Shown here piece by piece: positions 41,817-50,733 of a stretch of 64,000 bases of DNA. The first letter of the stretch is position 1. The number at the start of each line of letters is the position of its first letter. The notes beneath the pieces are model-generated. The model was not told the DNA's origin and made no database searches. It worked only from the letters and a program-made list of their open reading frames with translations. The position numbers and the translations under genes were made by a program. Origin of the DNA: a bacterium (GTDB lineage Bacteria > UBA8248); the NCBI GenBank assembly GCA_965221165.1, contig CBDCRP010000003.1:320001-384000 (forward strand). The letters are read 5' to 3'.

Positions 41817-44054
41817 CTAATCCGTGCGAATCTGCGGAACCTTCCCCTTGTGCGGCGCCACTTCGGGCGCAATGCGGTTTACGGAGAAGATGAATTTTTC
41901 GTCACGAATTTTCTTGACGACGTCGTTCAGGTGGGTCAGATCGTGCACCTGCACGTCCAGGCGGATCGCCGCCTTGTCTTGAGCGGCCTCGGCCTCTACG
42001 CGGGAGATATTCGCTCCACAAGTCGCTATGGCTGCGCTTAGGCTCGCCAGCACGCCCGGCCTGTCGCGCGCCTCGACCACGAGCGTCACCAGGTGCATCC
42101 GATCCTTCTCGATCTCGCCCCAGGAGACTTCCACGAGGCGCTCCTGGTCATCCATCAACGACTTGATGTTGGGACAATTCTCGTTGTGCACCGTCACGCC
42201 GCGTCCGCGCGTGATGAAACCGACTATCCCGTCACCCGGAATCGGCTGGCAGCATTTTCCGTAGCGAATCAATACGTCGTCCTGGCCTTTTACGAGGATA
42301 CCCGCCTTGTTCTTGTGGCGACTCACCCGGTTCACCAGACGCCTGAGACGGGATTTGTCTCTCTTCTCCCATTCGCGCACGAGTTGTTCGGGCAACAATT
42401 TATGCACCACCTGCCGCGCGGATACGCGCCCGAAACCAATGGATACCAGCAGGTCCTTATCGGTTTGAACCCCGAAGAATCGCACGACCGACTCCAGTTC
42501 CTTCGGCTTCATGTACTTGAGGGCCTCGTCCTTCTTCACGCACCGGCGCAACTCGTGTTCAAGCAGCTCTTGGCCGAGCGTGAGGGAGCGCTCCCTTTGC
42601 TCCTGCCTTATCCAGTTTCTTATTTTTTGCTTCGCCCGGGCCGTGACGACGAATTTCATCCAGTCGGCGCTGGGTTTGCGGTGCGGGTTCGTGATGATCT
42701 CGACGATGTCGCCATTCTCTAAGAGCGAGCTCAGCGGCGCGATTTTTCCGTTGACCTTGGCCCCCACGCAGTGGCTGCCCACCTCCGTGTGGATGGAGAA
42801 AGCGAAATCGACCGGCGTCGCCCCGCGCGGAAGGCTCTTCACCTCGCCTCTGGGCGTAAAGACGAATACCTCGTCCTGAAACAAATTGACCTTGACGGAA
42901 TCGACCAGATTCCTCGGATCGGACTCCTCGTTCAGGCTTTCCACGATTCTCCTGATCCAATCGAACTTGTCGGCCAGGCCGTCTTCTGCGACCTCGTCGC
43001 CTTCCTTGTATTTCCAGTGCGCCGCAATCCCCTCCTCCGCCACCCGGTGCATCTCCTGGGTGCGAATCTGGAATTCCACCCTCTGGCCCGCCGGCCCCAG
43101 GATGGTGGTATGGAGAGACTTGTATAAATTCGCCTTCGGCAAGGCGATATAATCCTTGAAGCGCCCGGGGATGGGAGTCCACTTGGAGTGCAAAACCCCC
43201 AGTACCGCATAACAATCCTTCACGGTATCCACGATGATTCTCACGCCGCAAATATCGTATACCTGACGGAAATCGAGGTTTTGCGTCTGCATTTTCTCAT
43301 AAATACTGGAATGGAGCTTGAATCTGGAGGACGCGGCGCCGTTGATGCCCTCTTCATCGAGACTCTCCTTCAATTTCTCGATGATGAGAGCCATGTAGGC
43401 TTCGCGGTCCTTGAGGCCGTCGCGGAGCAACTCGTCGATTTCCAGGAACTCCTTGGGATGCAAATGCTTGAACGCCACGTCCTCGAGGGCGCCCTTCAGC
43501 CATCCGATACCGATGCGGTTGGCGAGCGGCGCATATATTTCCGCCGTTTCTCTCGCAATGCGCTCTCTTCTTTTGGGGGGAAGATGGTGAAGCGTAAAAG
43601 CGTTATGGAGTCTGTCCGCGAGCTTGATGATGATGACACGAATGTCTTTCGCCATGGCGATCAGCATCTTGCGATAACTTTCCGCCTGGCGAACCTGGGT
43701 GTTCGAAACATCGATTTTCGCAAGCTTCGTGACGCCATCGACGAGTTCGGCAACGTCTTTTCCGAAATGCTCGTCAATTTCCTGGAGCGTCGTCGAGGTA
43801 TCCTCCACCGTATCGTGCAGCAGTCCGGCGCATACGGTTTCGGGGTCCTGGCGCAACTCCGCCAGAATCCGGGCCACCTCCAATGGATGGGAAATGTAGG
43901 GTTCCCCGGAGATGCGCGACTGTCCCTTATGGACCTTCGCCGTAAAAATATAGGCTTTGGTAAGCAGTTCCAAGCAGTCGGGCGAGTATTCTTCGACCAG
44001 ATCGACGATGTCCATGATCCGGGCGGGTGGGCGCGACGTCAGAACTGGAGGCAA
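41817..44054 (-). CDS. rel: Bifunctional (p)ppGpp synthetase/hydrolase (Rel/SpoT)
   Basis: LLHDTVED, KLADRLHN, EFQIRT, TGS (TPVDFAF) and ACT domains; start either TTG 44054 or ATG 44015. Confidence 0.95.
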   Translation of the reverse strand: MPPVLTSRPPARIMDIVDLVEEYSPDCLELLTKAYIFTAKVHKGQSRISGEPYISHPLEVARILAELRQDPETVCAGLLHDTVEDTSTTLQEIDEHFGKDVAELVDGVTKLAKIDVSNTQVRQAESYRKMLIAMAKDIRVIIIKLADRLHNAFTLHHLPPKRRERIARETAEIYAPLANRIGIGWLKGALEDVAFKHLHPKEFLEIDELLRDGLKDREAYMALIIEKLKESLDEEGINGAASSRFKLHSSIYEKMQTQNLDFRQVYDICGVRIIVDTVKDCYAVLGVLHSKWTPIPGRFKDYIALPKANLYKSLHTTILGPAGQRVEFQIRTQEMHRVAEEGIAAHWKYKEGDEVAEDGLADKFDWIRRIVESLNEESDPRNLVDSVKVNLFQDEVFVFTPRGEVKSLPRGATPVDFAFSIHTEVGSHCVGAKVNGKIAPLSSLLENGDIVEIITNPHRKPSADWMKFVVTARAKQKIRNWIRQEQRERSLTLGQELLEHELRRCVKKDEALKYMKPKELESVVRFFGVQTDKDLLVSIGFGRVSARQVVHKLLPEQLVREWEKRDKSRLRRLVNRVSRHKNKAGILVKGQDDVLIRYGKCCQPIPGDGIVGFITRGRGVTVHNENCPNIKSLMDDQERLVEVSWGEIEKDRMHLVTLVVEARDRPGVLASLSAAIATCGANISRVEAEAAQDKAAIRLDVQVHDLTHLNDVVKKIRDEKFIFSVNRIAPEVAPHKGKVPQIRTD

Positions 44055-44239
44055 CGGATTTCCCCCTTCTTTCGACCTGCTCGCTCGCGATGCCGACAAA
44101 GAGCGAACCCGGGCTCTCCCCGCAGAGGTGAGCCTTTCTCGACCAAAACGCTACCTGAGCCTCCATATAGCGTCAAGAAGGCCCCGTTCAAAAAAAACTC
44201 CCCCGGAATCGGGGGAGTCGCGGCCAAACAGGTATCGTC

Positions 44240-44719
44240 TTAATATGCGCGCAGGGGCGAGGTGACGAACTCGTGCATGAACGGCACCATGTATTCGGAC
44301 TCGTCTTCGTGCTTGGGTACGATGATCGCCCCCTTATTGCAAATCTCCTCGCATAGCCGGCAACCGACGCATGTGGACTGATCCACCACGGCCACGGCGC
44401 TGTGGTCCCGCTCCACGGACGAGGGAGCCATGCGAATGCAATCGAACGGGCAAACGTCCACGCACCAGATGCAGCCCGTGCAGTTCTCCTCCAGCACGAA
44501 CGCCTTGGGCATCTCCTTGTGCTTGATATTCTTGATCACGTCGCCCATATCGTCCTGAATGGCGAATGCCGGGCAATACTTGCCGCACACGCCGCAGTCG
44601 ATACAAAGCGTGGGGTCGATTTTGTAGATCTCGCGCGGGTCGCCCGTAATGGCCTTCGTGGGGCAAACGGGCTCACAAATGGAACACCCGATGCAAGCGT
44701 CGAATATAAAGTGGGTCAT
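44240..44719 (-). CDS. Polyferredoxin with four [4Fe-4S] motifs
   Basis: Four CxxCxxCxxxC motifs. Confidence 0.9.
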   Translation of the reverse strand: MTHFIFDACIGCSICEPVCPTKAITGDPREIYKIDPTLCIDCGVCGKYCPAFAIQDDMGDVIKNIKHKEMPKAFVLEENCTGCIWCVDVCPFDCIRMAPSSVERDHSAVAVVDQSTCVGCRLCEEICNKGAIIVPKHEDESEYMVPFMHEFVTSPLRAY

Positions 44720-44960
44720 AACTGCGCCTCTCGGAAAATTTTCTTCTCAAAGGGCGACACGCCGAGAAAGAGAATATCACCTCGGCCATATCCTTCCGAT
44801 ACCAAAGATATATCCATTCCCCGCGTTGGTTGTCAAGGCGTCTCGTGAACGGCAGTCCCCATCTGGGAGCGAAGTTCGTGATTCTCTTGCCCTCGGCCCG
44901 AATTTCCGTCAAAATAGGGCCGTTGCCTTTTACCGCCAATTCGACTGAAAAGGATTCGAT

Positions 44961-45128
44961 ATGGAAAATTTCCTGGCCATTCTGACAAAGCCCGACAACA
45001 TCCCCATCGGGTTCATGATTCCCCTGCTGGCGTTTTTCGTCTGGCTGGCTATTTCCCAAGGCCTCAGACACGACAAGCTCATCGAAAAAGGGAAGAAAGA
45101 CGACGTATACGACGAGATGATCCGATAA
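44961..45128 (+). CDS. 55-aa single-TM protein with KPDNIPI motif
   Basis: Manual translation MENFLAILTKPDNIPIGFMIPLLAFFVWLAISQGLRHDKLIEKGKKDDVYDEMIR; AAGGA RBS upstream. Confidence 0.75.
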   Translation: MENFLAILTKPDNIPIGFMIPLLAFFVWLAISQGLRHDKLIEKGKKDDVYDEMIR

Positions 45129-45243
45129 CCGCCTTGGCTGCTCACTCGCTGTCTCCCGCGTCAATCGCCCCTATTTTGGTCCTTGAATCCCGGATGATCG
45201 GTCGCGCGATGCCCTCTCGTTCTCCCATGTCTTGGACATCAAT

Positions 45244-45756
45244 ATGCTAGAACTCATCTTCGTCGCGCTCATCCTGGGATTCATCACCATATTGTTCGTC
45301 AAGAGAACGACGTCGAACATCGCGCTCGAAGCGGATGCGGAACAAAACGCGAACGATTCGGAAATCGATTCCCTGCGCCGGATTTCTCCACAGGCGTTCG
45401 AGCGCATGCTCATCGACCTGCTCGAAGACATGCACATGCGCATCGTCGAGGTTCACTGGGTCAATGAAGAGGAAATCGACATCCTCGCCCACAACCCCGA
45501 ACCCATTCTCGGCGGCGACTACATCATCCACGGCATTCTGGTGCCCGAGGGCGATTTCGTGAACTCGATACGGGTCATCGGCCTCTCCGACACCGTGCGC
45601 GCCGAAAGGGCGCTCAAGGGAATCCTGATATCGACGGGGTATTTCACCGAAGAGGTGCAGAAATACTCAGAAGGCGCTCCCATGGAGCTCATCAACGTCT
45701 CGAAACTCCGCGAGATACTCCACGCCCACGACATGGCCTGGCCCTCTTCGGACTGA
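45244..45756 (+). CDS. Membrane-anchored Mrr-like restriction endonuclease-fold protein
   Basis: N-terminal TM; SPQAFERML..LL, IDILA, KGILISTGYFT, MELIN; QxK position reads HGI. Confidence 0.7.
   Translation: MLELIFVALILGFITILFVKRTTSNIALEADAEQNANDSEIDSLRRISPQAFERMLIDLLEDMHMRIVEVHWVNEEEIDILAHNPEPILGGDYIIHGILVPEGDFVNSIRVIGLSDTVRAERALKGILISTGYFTEEVQKYSEGAPMELINVSKLREILHAHDMAWPSSD
45611..45756 (+). repeat. Direct repeat copy 1 (3' end of Mrr-like gene)
   Basis: About 146 bp matching 47464..47609 with about 10 substitutions. Confidence 0.92.
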
Positions 45757-45827
45757 GGCGGCTCCTCTGCAAGCAAAAGAACACACAAGAACAAAGACCT
45801 GACAGGCGAAACAATCAGCCATGCAAC

Positions 45828-46110
45828 GCCGTCGTTCCGGTGTCGTTCCCGACCGAGGAGGGAGGGATTGACAGATGAATTTCTCCCCTTTCGGACATCT
45901 TGATCTTAAACCGTAGGGGCAGCCCCCTCCTCGGGCCTGCCCCACCTTTCGCGAACGGCCCTTGCCGGAGGAAACGGGCGCTTCACGAAGCGCCCCTACG
46001 GGGGGAGAATCGTAGGGACAGGCCCCTGTGCCTGTCCGGTTCCCCTGTGCCTGTCCTGACGAGGGACAACCCCGGGGGGCAGGGACAACCCAGAAGGGTC
46101 GTCCCCTACT
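45828..46110. repeat. Cluster of REP-like palindromes (GTAG-type and GTCRTTCC-type)
   Basis: GGGCGCTTCACGAAGCGCCCCTAC, GTAGGGACAGGCCCCTGTGCCTGTCC, GGGACAACCCAGAAGGGTCGTCCCCTAC. Confidence 0.75.
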
Positions 46111-46320
46111 ACAAAACTGCTTCGCCCTTCCCGGTCGGGACCGATCTCGGTAATCACTCCCCCTCGAGGGTCGGGCTTCCCGAGCAGGAAAAGCCCGGCG
46201 GCAAGGTAAGGGCGAAGCCCGGAGCCGCGGATCGATTCGGTGACGCCATGGGGCGCCAAACACCCGATTGCGGCGTCGGGGATGGCGGGATCGGTGATGG
46301 AAATTCTTTCCGGGTCCGGG

Positions 46321-47247
46321 CTAGGCCCTTTTCCTTTTGGCGCGGCTCCTCCGGGGTTTCGGCGCCGGGCGTTCTTTCAGGAACCAGTCGAGTATCTGCT
46401 CGCCGTCCCAGCACACCACCCCCGGTTTGGACAAAATATGTTCGAAGGTTTCGCGCACGTATTTTATCCGGTGCGGCGAGCCCGACAGATAAGGATGCAT
46501 GGCGATGGACATCACTTTGGTGGATTCGTGGCTTTCGGCATAAACGGTCTCGAAGTAATCAAGCGCCCGGTCGCGGAAGACCTGGGACGTGTGGTACTGG
46601 ATCGCCATCAGCACGATGTCATGAAGCTCGTAGTTGTAGGGCAGCGCCACGACCGATTTGCCGACCGTCGTCTTCAAATGCACTGGTTGGTCGTCGAGCA
46701 CCCAGTCGCCGATATATTCGATGCCAGCCTCGGCAAGAAAATCGAGCGTCTGGTATGTCTGGGTCAGTCCCGGACCGAACCAGCCGCGCGGCCTTTTACC
46801 GGCGAAATCCGTGATCACGGTCATGCATTGGTCGATAACCGCGCGTTCGTCGTCGAGCTTGTGCATCGGCACCTGTTCGAAGGAGTGGGCGTTGAATTCC
46901 CAATCCGCTTCCAGACACGCCTCGGCGACGCGCGGATATTCCAGGCAGGTGCGGGCGTTCAGGGTAACCGTCGGGCGTACGCCCAGTTCATCGAGCATGC
47001 GTTTGATGCGCCACACACCGACCCGCATTCCGTATTCGTGCCAGCTCCAGTTCGGATGATCGGGGAGCATCGGCACCCCCTGGGGCGGGGGTATCACCAT
47101 ACGCGCCATTGGCCGGACGATGTCCCACACTTCCAGCGCCAGGACCGGCCAGAGCACCAGGCGGGCGCCGCCCGGCAGTTTGAGCGGCTTACGATCGATG
47201 ATGGCCGAATAGGGCAGGCGGTCACCGGGCCTCATGCCTTGTTTCAT
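46321..47247 (-). CDS. Polysaccharide deacetylase family protein (PuuE/allantoinase-like)
   Basis: NWSWHEYGMRVG, PRGWFGPGL, DDQP, MHPYLSG.PHR. Confidence 0.88.
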   Translation of the reverse strand: MKQGMRPGDRLPYSAIIDRKPLKLPGGARLVLWPVLALEVWDIVRPMARMVIPPPQGVPMLPDHPNWSWHEYGMRVGVWRIKRMLDELGVRPTVTLNARTCLEYPRVAEACLEADWEFNAHSFEQVPMHKLDDERAVIDQCMTVITDFAGKRPRGWFGPGLTQTYQTLDFLAEAGIEYIGDWVLDDQPVHLKTTVGKSVVALPYNYELHDIVLMAIQYHTSQVFRDRALDYFETVYAESHESTKVMSIAMHPYLSGSPHRIKYVRETFEHILSKPGVVCWDGEQILDWFLKERPAPKPRRSRAKRKRA

Positions 47248-47326
47248 GTCTTATCTCCGAATAGGTTGCGTCCGACCAGGTAGAGCGGCGCGCGGGTTAT
47301 TGTTTGCCGTCATTATACCATAGTCG

Positions 47327-47420
47327 ATGACTGCGTCTGCCGATGAAAATGTCGTTCTGGTTGAACGCGAAGGCGATATCGTCACCGCCGGATGGAACCG
47401 GCCGGAAAAGCTGAATGCGC
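47327..47420 (+). pseudogene. Enoyl-CoA hydratase N-terminal remnant
   Basis: VLVEREGDIVTAGWNRPEKLNA, after which similarity is lost. Confidence 0.6.
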
Positions 47421-47463
47421 CGCATTCGCACCTGCACTGCACGACTCACTGCTGCGGAATGGA

Positions 47464-47609
47464 CGCTCCAGGGAATCCTGATGCCGACGGGGTATTTCAC
47501 CGAGGAAGTGCAGAAATACTCAGAAGGCGCTCCCATGGAGCTCATCAACGTCTCGAAACTCCGCGAGATACTCCACGCCCACGACATGGCTTGGCCTAGT
47601 TCGGATTGA
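47464..47609 (+). pseudogene. Duplicated 3' fragment of the Mrr-like gene (direct repeat copy 2)
   Basis: Encodes GILMPTGYFTEEVQKYSEGAPMELINVSKLREILHAHDMAWPSSD with no 5' part. Confidence 0.9.
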
Positions 47610-47631
47610 AGCGCCGACTCGGGGAACGCCC

Positions 47632-48054
47632 TCACGCGCCCGTCCACGGGTCGATTACCTCAACCCCCATTTCTGCGAAGTCCCGGACGTTGCGCGTCGC
47701 CACCGCCATGCCTCGCGAGCGCGCGATAGCCGCAATCTGAGAATCGGCCATGGGGGCAGGACGCCCGGCGGCGCGGCGCGCCGAAGCGACTTCCGCATAG
47801 GCGAGCGCCGCGGCGCTGTCGAACGGCAACACGCGGCCTTCGAAATCCTCGCGAAGCATGGCTTCGATCTCCGAAGCCAACCTGTCCCGTCGCCGGCCCA
47901 TAGGCATAACGGCAACGCCGTAGCGCAGTTCCACTTCGCCGACTGCCGAGAAGAACAGGTCCTCCGCAGGATGTCCCGCAATCCACGCCTCGACGGACGA
48001 ATCGGTCGACAGGCGCATCAGTTCGGAAACGACGTTGGTGTCGAGCAGGATCAT
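47632..48054 (-). CDS. vapC: PIN-domain toxin (FitB/VapC)
   Basis: MILLDTNVVSE, DSQIAAIA, ATRNVRDF. Confidence 0.95.
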   Translation of the reverse strand: MILLDTNVVSELMRLSTDSSVEAWIAGHPAEDLFFSAVGEVELRYGVAVMPMGRRRDRLASEIEAMLREDFEGRVLPFDSAAALAYAEVASARRAAGRPAPMADSQIAAIARSRGMAVATRNVRDFAEMGVEVIDPWTGA

Positions 48055-48065
48055 GCCTAGCCGCC

Positions 48066-48308
48066 TTAATCGAACCGAGGCGGCTCGCGCGCCGGTTCAC
48101 GCGGCGGCAACTCCAGTTCCACGCCGCCCAAGGGCGCGAAGCGGGCGCGGATGAGGCTTGCGAGGTTTCCTGAACCCGGCTTGCGCCCGACAGCCTCGCG
48201 CAGGATCAGCCGCGCTTCCTCCTCCATCGAACGCCCGTTCTCCGCCGCCCGGATACGAAGGCGGGTTTTCACGTCGTCATCGAGATTGCGGATCGTGATG
48301 CTCGCCAT
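48066..48308 (-). CDS. FitA/StbC-like ribbon-helix-helix antitoxin
   Basis: MASITIRNLDD...RAAENGRSMEEEAR; upstream of vapC. Confidence 0.92.
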   Translation of the reverse strand: MASITIRNLDDDVKTRLRIRAAENGRSMEEEARLILREAVGRKPGSGNLASLIRARFAPLGGVELELPPREPAREPPRFD

Positions 48309-48486
48309 GGTGATGCCCTCCCTCTGGGTTGAATTCTACGCTATCATTGATTGCAATGCAATCAAACAGCACCCGGCGTTGCACGCTCGCCATCGTCCGT
48401 GCGACGCCCCATGTGGACGAGGAAAAACATCCGTTCGTACTTCTTCCCCCATCGGACACCTTGAACCGTAAGGACAAATCGTACCT

Positions 48487-48861
48487 GCAGGGGCGGACCC
48501 ATGTGTCTGCCCGCCTATGCCTTTGATCGTCATTCCGCAGTGCCTGAATGCGGAATCCAGCGGCTTTGTCTTTCGCTTTCGTCTTTGCCGTCATCGAGCA
48601 ATGTCGTCATGTTCACCGGTTCTAGATTCCGCATTTCCTCCCTCCTCAGTCGGAAATGACACCGGAAAGACGGCAATCTTCGATTCAGGTTCCGTAGGGG
48701 CGGACCTACGTGTCCGCCCGCGTTCCGTCTAAGAGTGTGATTCCGGCGCTCAATGGCCATGCCGAGCGGGATGAAAAAATCCACCTTTGGAGGGATATTC
48801 CTCCGTAGGGGCAAAGGACAGGTACATGAAAACCGGGCGGACACATAGGTCCGCCCCTACA
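48487..48861. repeat. Second cluster of REP-like palindromes
   Basis: GTAGGGGCGGACCTACGTGTCCGCCC and inverted GGGCGGACACATAGGTCCGCCCCTAC; GTCATTCCGCA...TGCGGAATCCAG. Confidence 0.78.
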
Positions 48862-48880
48862 AAAAACGAAGCATTCAAAC

Positions 48881-48910
48881 AAAAAAGCCGCCTCCGTAAA
48901 GAAGCGGCTG
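48881..48910 (-). terminator. Intrinsic terminator of the Rieske/cytochrome b operon
   Basis: Minus strand AGCCGCTTC-TTTACG-GAGGCGGCT followed by a T run. Confidence 0.75.
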
Positions 48911-48961
48911 AGCGCGGTATCGTTATGAAGTTTCAGGAGGCTTCTGCGACCTCAGCTTCCT

Positions 48962-49069
48962 CTAGGCCAGGAGATACACCACGCCCGAGACTACGAGCAG
49001 AGCGACCGCGCCCAATTTGACGCCGCAGGCGTCCCACCACAAGTGTTTTCGCTGTCTATCCTGAACCAT
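48962..49069 (-). CDS. 35-aa single-TM protein at end of bc operon
   Basis: Manual translation MVQDRQRKHLWWDACGVKLGAVALLVVSGVVYLLA; GGAGAAG before ATG; between subunit IV and terminator. Confidence 0.55.
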   Translation of the reverse strand: MVQDRQRKHLWWDACGVKLGAVALLVVSGVVYLLA

Positions 49070-49087
49070 CTTCTCCGCTCAAAAAAT

Positions 49088-49867
49088 CTAAATGTTGAAC
49101 CACGGGGTCACGAGAACGTATTTGACGTTGAACCCGATGCGCATGACCATTTTCGCCACCAATCCCATCATCGTCATGTTCAGGGACGCCTTGATGAGAT
49201 AGCGCACCAGTCCTACGTTCTTCATGCGCTCACGCCGCCAGATGTAATACGCCGGTATGGTGGCGTACCAGAGCACAATCATCACGGTGCCCGCCGCCGC
49301 CTGGCCCCAATAGCTCCTGAAGCCCAGCATGTAGGGGAGGTCCACGTTCGTCAGGGCCACGACCTTGTGCGGGTCCCAGTATTCCCAGGGCATGAAGAAG
49401 TTCCATCCCGGCCCGCGCAGGAAAGTCCCCTGCACCACCATCCACACCCACAAGACCAGAAATCCGAACAAGAAGATGAGGATGGCGAACCTGCGCTCGT
49501 GGAAGGTGTAGTAGCCGTTCCCCTTGGGGTTCACGTCGATGAAGGGGATGGCCATGAGACCCACGATGATGAGGGTGGGCAGCACGACGCCCGCCATCCA
49601 CGGGTCGAAATACACGAGCATCTCCTGAAGGCCCAGGAAATACCACGGCGCTTTCGAGGGGTTCGGCGTAACGGAGGGATTCGCCGGCTCCTCGAGCGGC
49701 GCGTCGATCACGATGGACCACACCACCAGCAGCACGGTGATGATGATCGCGCACATGAACTCCAGGCGCGTGAGGTAGGGCCACACGTGAACCTTGTCGT
49801 TCACCCGCTCCCAACTCGTCTTGGCCATGTCATCGGCAGAGCCGACTACCTTGTCTTCCTTCGCCAA
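49088..49867 (-). CDS. Cytochrome b6/bc complex subunit IV (PetD/QcrC-like)
   Basis: VWP, APLEEPANPSVTPNPSKAPWYFLGLQE, GTFLRGPGW. Confidence 0.9.
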   Translation of the reverse strand: MAKEDKVVGSADDMAKTSWERVNDKVHVWPYLTRLEFMCAIIITVLLVVWSIVIDAPLEEPANPSVTPNPSKAPWYFLGLQEMLVYFDPWMAGVVLPTLIIVGLMAIPFIDVNPKGNGYYTFHERRFAILIFLFGFLVLWVWMVVQGTFLRGPGWNFFMPWEYWDPHKVVALTNVDLPYMLGFRSYWGQAAAGTVMIVLWYATIPAYYIWRRERMKNVGLVRYLIKASLNMTMMGLVAKMVMRIGFNVKYVLVTPWFNI

Positions 49868-49901
49868 TGTTCTCGCCCTTCCCTTTTATGCCCCGAAAAA
49901 C

Positions 49902-50690
49902 CTAGAGAGGCCCGGAGATGCCCCCGTCTTTTCGGATTCTCCAGAAATGCACCATCATCAGAATCGCCGCTATCAGGGGCACGACGATGCAATGCAGCAC
50001 GTAAAACCGCAGAAGCGTGGGCGGGCCGACGATGGTGCCGCCCAGCAGGGCCGAGCGCGCATCGAAACGCGGCGTAACGCCCACCATTTCGGCGAACGGA
50101 CCCTCGTGCCCCAGCAGGGGCGTGGCCCGCGCCATGTTGGTTCCCACCGTCACCGCCCAGATGGCCAGCTGATCCCAGGGCAGCAGATAGCCGGTGAAGC
50201 TGAGCAGGAGCGTGAGCGTGAGCAGCAACACCCCGATGACCCAGTTGAACTCGCGCGGCGGCTTGTAGGAGCCCGTCATGAAGACGCGCATCATGTGCAG
50301 CCACACGGAGATGACCATGGCGTGCGCCGCCCAGCGGTGCATGTTGCGCATGAACATGCCGAAGGGGGCGTCGAATTCGAGATACTTGATGTCGGCGTAG
50401 GCGTACTCGCCCACGGGCCGGTAGTAGAACATCAACACCACGCCGGTGACGACGAGGTAGAGGAACAGCAGGAACGTCACCCCGCCCATGCACCACGTGA
50501 AGCGGATGCGGATGGCGTGGCGCCTGATTTTCGTGGGGTGTAAGTGCAGCCACAGGTTATCCACGACCATGAGAACGCGGTTTCTCGGCGTATCCTCATA
50601 CCCGTGGCGGAACATCGACCTCCAGACCTGGGAATCAAGAACATTTTTTTTCACCTGATCCAGGTTCAAGCGTTCTTTCAAACTCGGCAT
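49902..50690 (-). CDS. petB: Cytochrome b6-type (split cytochrome b N-terminal part)
   Basis: [38 protein letters not shown]. Confidence 0.93.
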   Translation of the reverse strand: MPSLKERLNLDQVKKNVLDSQVWRSMFRHGYEDTPRNRVLMVVDNLWLHLHPTKIRRHAIRIRFTWCMGGVTFLLFLYLVVTGVVLMFYYRPVGEYAYADIKYLEFDAPFGMFMRNMHRWAAHAMVISVWLHMMRVFMTGSYKPPREFNWVIGVLLLTLTLLLSFTGYLLPWDQLAIWAVTVGTNMARATPLLGHEGPFAEMVGVTPRFDARSALLGGTIVGPPTLLRFYVLHCIVVPLIAAILMMVHFWRIRKDGGISGPL

Positions 50691-50733
50691 CTATAAACCC
50701 CCACGCACTCGCTTCAAACGAATATGAAAACCT

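Noticed and set aside
45880-46200. CRISPR array
   Set aside because: Palindromes vary in sequence and orientation, there is no constant repeat-spacer period, and no cas genes are present
45611-47609. DGR template/variable repeat pair
   Set aside because: Mismatches are not adenine-specific, many are synonymous, and there is no reverse transcriptase in the window
48930-49045. tRNA or ncRNA after the bc operon
   Set aside because: No T-loop or D-loop consensus; better explained by the 35-aa ORF
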